Source: an uncultured Nitrososphaerales archaeon
GTDB taxonomy: Archaea > Thermoproteota > Nitrososphaeria > Nitrososphaerales > Nitrososphaeraceae
DNA length: 64,000 nt
Direction of reading: 5' to 3'
Assembly: GCA_963709405.1 (NCBI GenBank)
Contig: CAVPXM010000063.1
Span: 1 to 64,000, forward strand
Within the stretch, counting starts at the first letter, position 1. Every line of letters begins with the position of its first letter. A program made the position numbers and the translations under genes. Positions 62,411 to 64,000 of this stretch are shown here, piece by piece. Under the pieces are notes generated by a model that saw nothing but the letters and a program-made list of their open reading frames with translations, was not told where the DNA came from and searched no databases.

Positions 62411-62675
62411 CTTTATTACTCATCGGAGATTTCTTAATATGAGCACACCATTCTTTTTACTTTTCTGGATCAGAAGTTGGTGCTGTCATGAAAATATACT
62501 AGCATATCAATTTGGCTATTAATTACTCAGCTAATGAAGACCAATGCCCCGACATCGAAGTTACCTTCTGATGATCTTAATGAGGTTTAACCAAAGCCAG
62601 AATCAATCCGGATATTCTTCTGATATATGGGCATTTTCCTTAACATTATCAACTACCGGGATCTGGAGACCATAT

Positions 62676-62936
62676 TCACTTTCTGTATTTGTAATAAGTT
62701 CCCAGCCTGAGCATTAGAACTCCCGCAGCAATAAATGATAATGAAACGAACGCAAACCCAGGGTTTATAAGCGACAAAAATGGCTCTGGCGCCCTAGACA
62801 AATATTTGCATTTAGTCCCCGCAACACAATGCTCTACAACTGGAAAAGCAAGTAGCAGAGCTATCAGTATCACAAAGAAGCAAATTCCTACAAATGCACA
62901 TACTGCTCCCGACTTGATAATCACCTCTAGATTCAA
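62676..62936 (-). CDS. small two-TM membrane protein
   Basis: Two hydrophobic helices flanking a C-x5-C loop. Confidence 0.6.
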   Translation of the reverse strand: MNLEVIIKSGAVCAFVGICFFVILIALLLAFPVVEHCVAGTKCKYLSRAPEPFLSLINPGFAFVSLSFIAAGVLMLRLGTYYKYRK

Positions 62937-62967
62937 AATTTCACCCTTTGGAAGAGGTCTACTTGGT

Positions 62968-63570
62968 TCACAATTTAGATCTGAGTTGCTTTATGTCTAG
63001 TGTAACATATTTGTATGTACTACCTTTCGAAACCTCGTTAAAACGTTCGTTATAGTAGAGATATGGCAAACCTTCATGAAGGTGGCGATTCCATAGGCTG
63101 TGAACCGCATCGAAATATTCTTTTCTTTTATTCCCCTTGATCCTCAATGCCTCGTGCGAAATTAAATGCGAAATCTTTGGACAGTTTATGTCGGCGAAGT
63201 ATTTAGATCTAACTGACCCAACACACGCTTTATCCGGTCTTCGCCACTGAACCATGCCAAAGTTATCTGCACTGTAACCTTCTGTTCCACAATCAGTCCA
63301 AAACGGCTTGAAATAAGTTAAATAAAAGTGATATACCTTATTCCCCCTTTCCTTATGATCTCGCATAAGATAGCTAAGTGACATCCTGTCGAAAAGCTTG
63401 CCAGTTACAACCGGCAAGATGTCTGCCTCAAGGTTGAATTCAATATTGAAGAGACGTCTAATCCACCAATGAAAGAACCTTGCCATCGAATAGACATAAT
63501 CCCAATCTTCTTTCTCCCTTTCCTGCCACTCATCGTGCTTGGATACATATATGAAGAAAAGCTTTTGCAT
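62968..63570 (-). CDS. hypothetical protein (possible zincin-like fold)
   Basis: 200-aa aromatic-rich ORF with SHLISHE..R. Confidence 0.7.
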   Translation of the reverse strand: MQKLFFIYVSKHDEWQEREKEDWDYVYSMARFFHWWIRRLFNIEFNLEADILPVVTGKLFDRMSLSYLMRDHKERGNKVYHFYLTYFKPFWTDCGTEGYSADNFGMVQWRRPDKACVGSVRSKYFADINCPKISHLISHEALRIKGNKRKEYFDAVHSLWNRHLHEGLPYLYYNERFNEVSKGSTYKYVTLDIKQLRSKL

Positions 63571-63718
63571 GGTCGATATCCATTTAGGAAGGACTTGGTT
63601 TAAAATTGTAAGGTTTAGAAAGGCAAATCATAATCAAACTGATTATTGGGCAATAGGTTTTCGGCTCGTTTATCTATGCGAGTTTGCCTCAGATTTTTAA
63701 ATGCTAGAGACAAGGCTG

Positions 63719-64000
63719 TTATGAATTCCAAGTATTAAGGGAAACCGCCGCGAAAGTACCCCTCCATTTTGAAGCATATCGACTAGCATATGGCAAGTTC
63801 TTATTGCCATCCCAATAGGCAAAGACATATCGCCATTGCTTATTCAATCCCCGGCTTATTCCCACTCTTGATGAGCCAAGTATTACTGGAGGAGTAATTC
63901 CATTTTCAATATGAAGAGTCTCTGAAACTGTAACGTCTAGCCCATTAGACGTCAAATTAATATTTAATGCCTGTGTCAGGCGTCCTGGTCCACTGGCGAC
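63719..64000 (-). CDS. 3-methyladenine DNA glycosylase (AAG/MPG family), 3' part; gene continues beyond the window
   Basis: Open frame to the window edge: ASGPGRLTQALNI...NGLD...SSRVGIS....WRY. Confidence 0.85.
   Translation of the reverse strand, partial: VASGPGRLTQALNINLTSNGLDVTVSETLHIENGITPPVILGSSRVGISRGLNKQWRYVFAYWDGNKNLPYASRYASKWRGTFAAVSLNTWNS

Overview
A 64-kb piece of an AT-rich archaeal chromosome, most likely a soil-type ammonia-oxidising archaeon (Nitrososphaerales). The lineage is inferred from TFB, Rpo6, Alba, ribosomal protein S25e, egsA, the pantoate kinase/phosphopantothenate synthetase CoA route, 4-hydroxybutyryl-CoA dehydratase and intron-containing tRNAs. Most of the window is housekeeping genes: DNA ligase, CoA operon, aCPSF1, Lhr helicase, RPA, GAPDH, trpGD, apt/MTAP and three tRNAs. 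The non-routine content is: (i) an anticodon-domain-less CysRS paralog with a remodelled Zn site, coupled to a GNAT and next to inositol-1-phosphate synthase, which resembles the MshC/MshD/Ino1 logic of mycothiol synthesis; (ii) an ebo-like UbiA/phosphodiesterase/epimerase operon nearby; (iii) three paralogous secreted Q/N-rich CGNG peptides with curli/chaplin-like features; (iv) a 3.5-kb integrase-associated island bounded by 17-bp dif-like direct repeats in the alba promoter, carrying small secreted peptides; (v) an orphan 2.5-repeat CRISPR mini-array between two IS5 left ends; (vi) IS481, IS6 and IS5 elements; (vii) a 1.2-kb high-GC foreign TPR fragment at the window start, possibly a chimeric join. 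Several conserved genes carry single-base frameshifts, often in homopolymers, so the assembly probably has indel errors and pseudogene calls are tentative. All product calls come from recognising motifs by eye; no database search was run.
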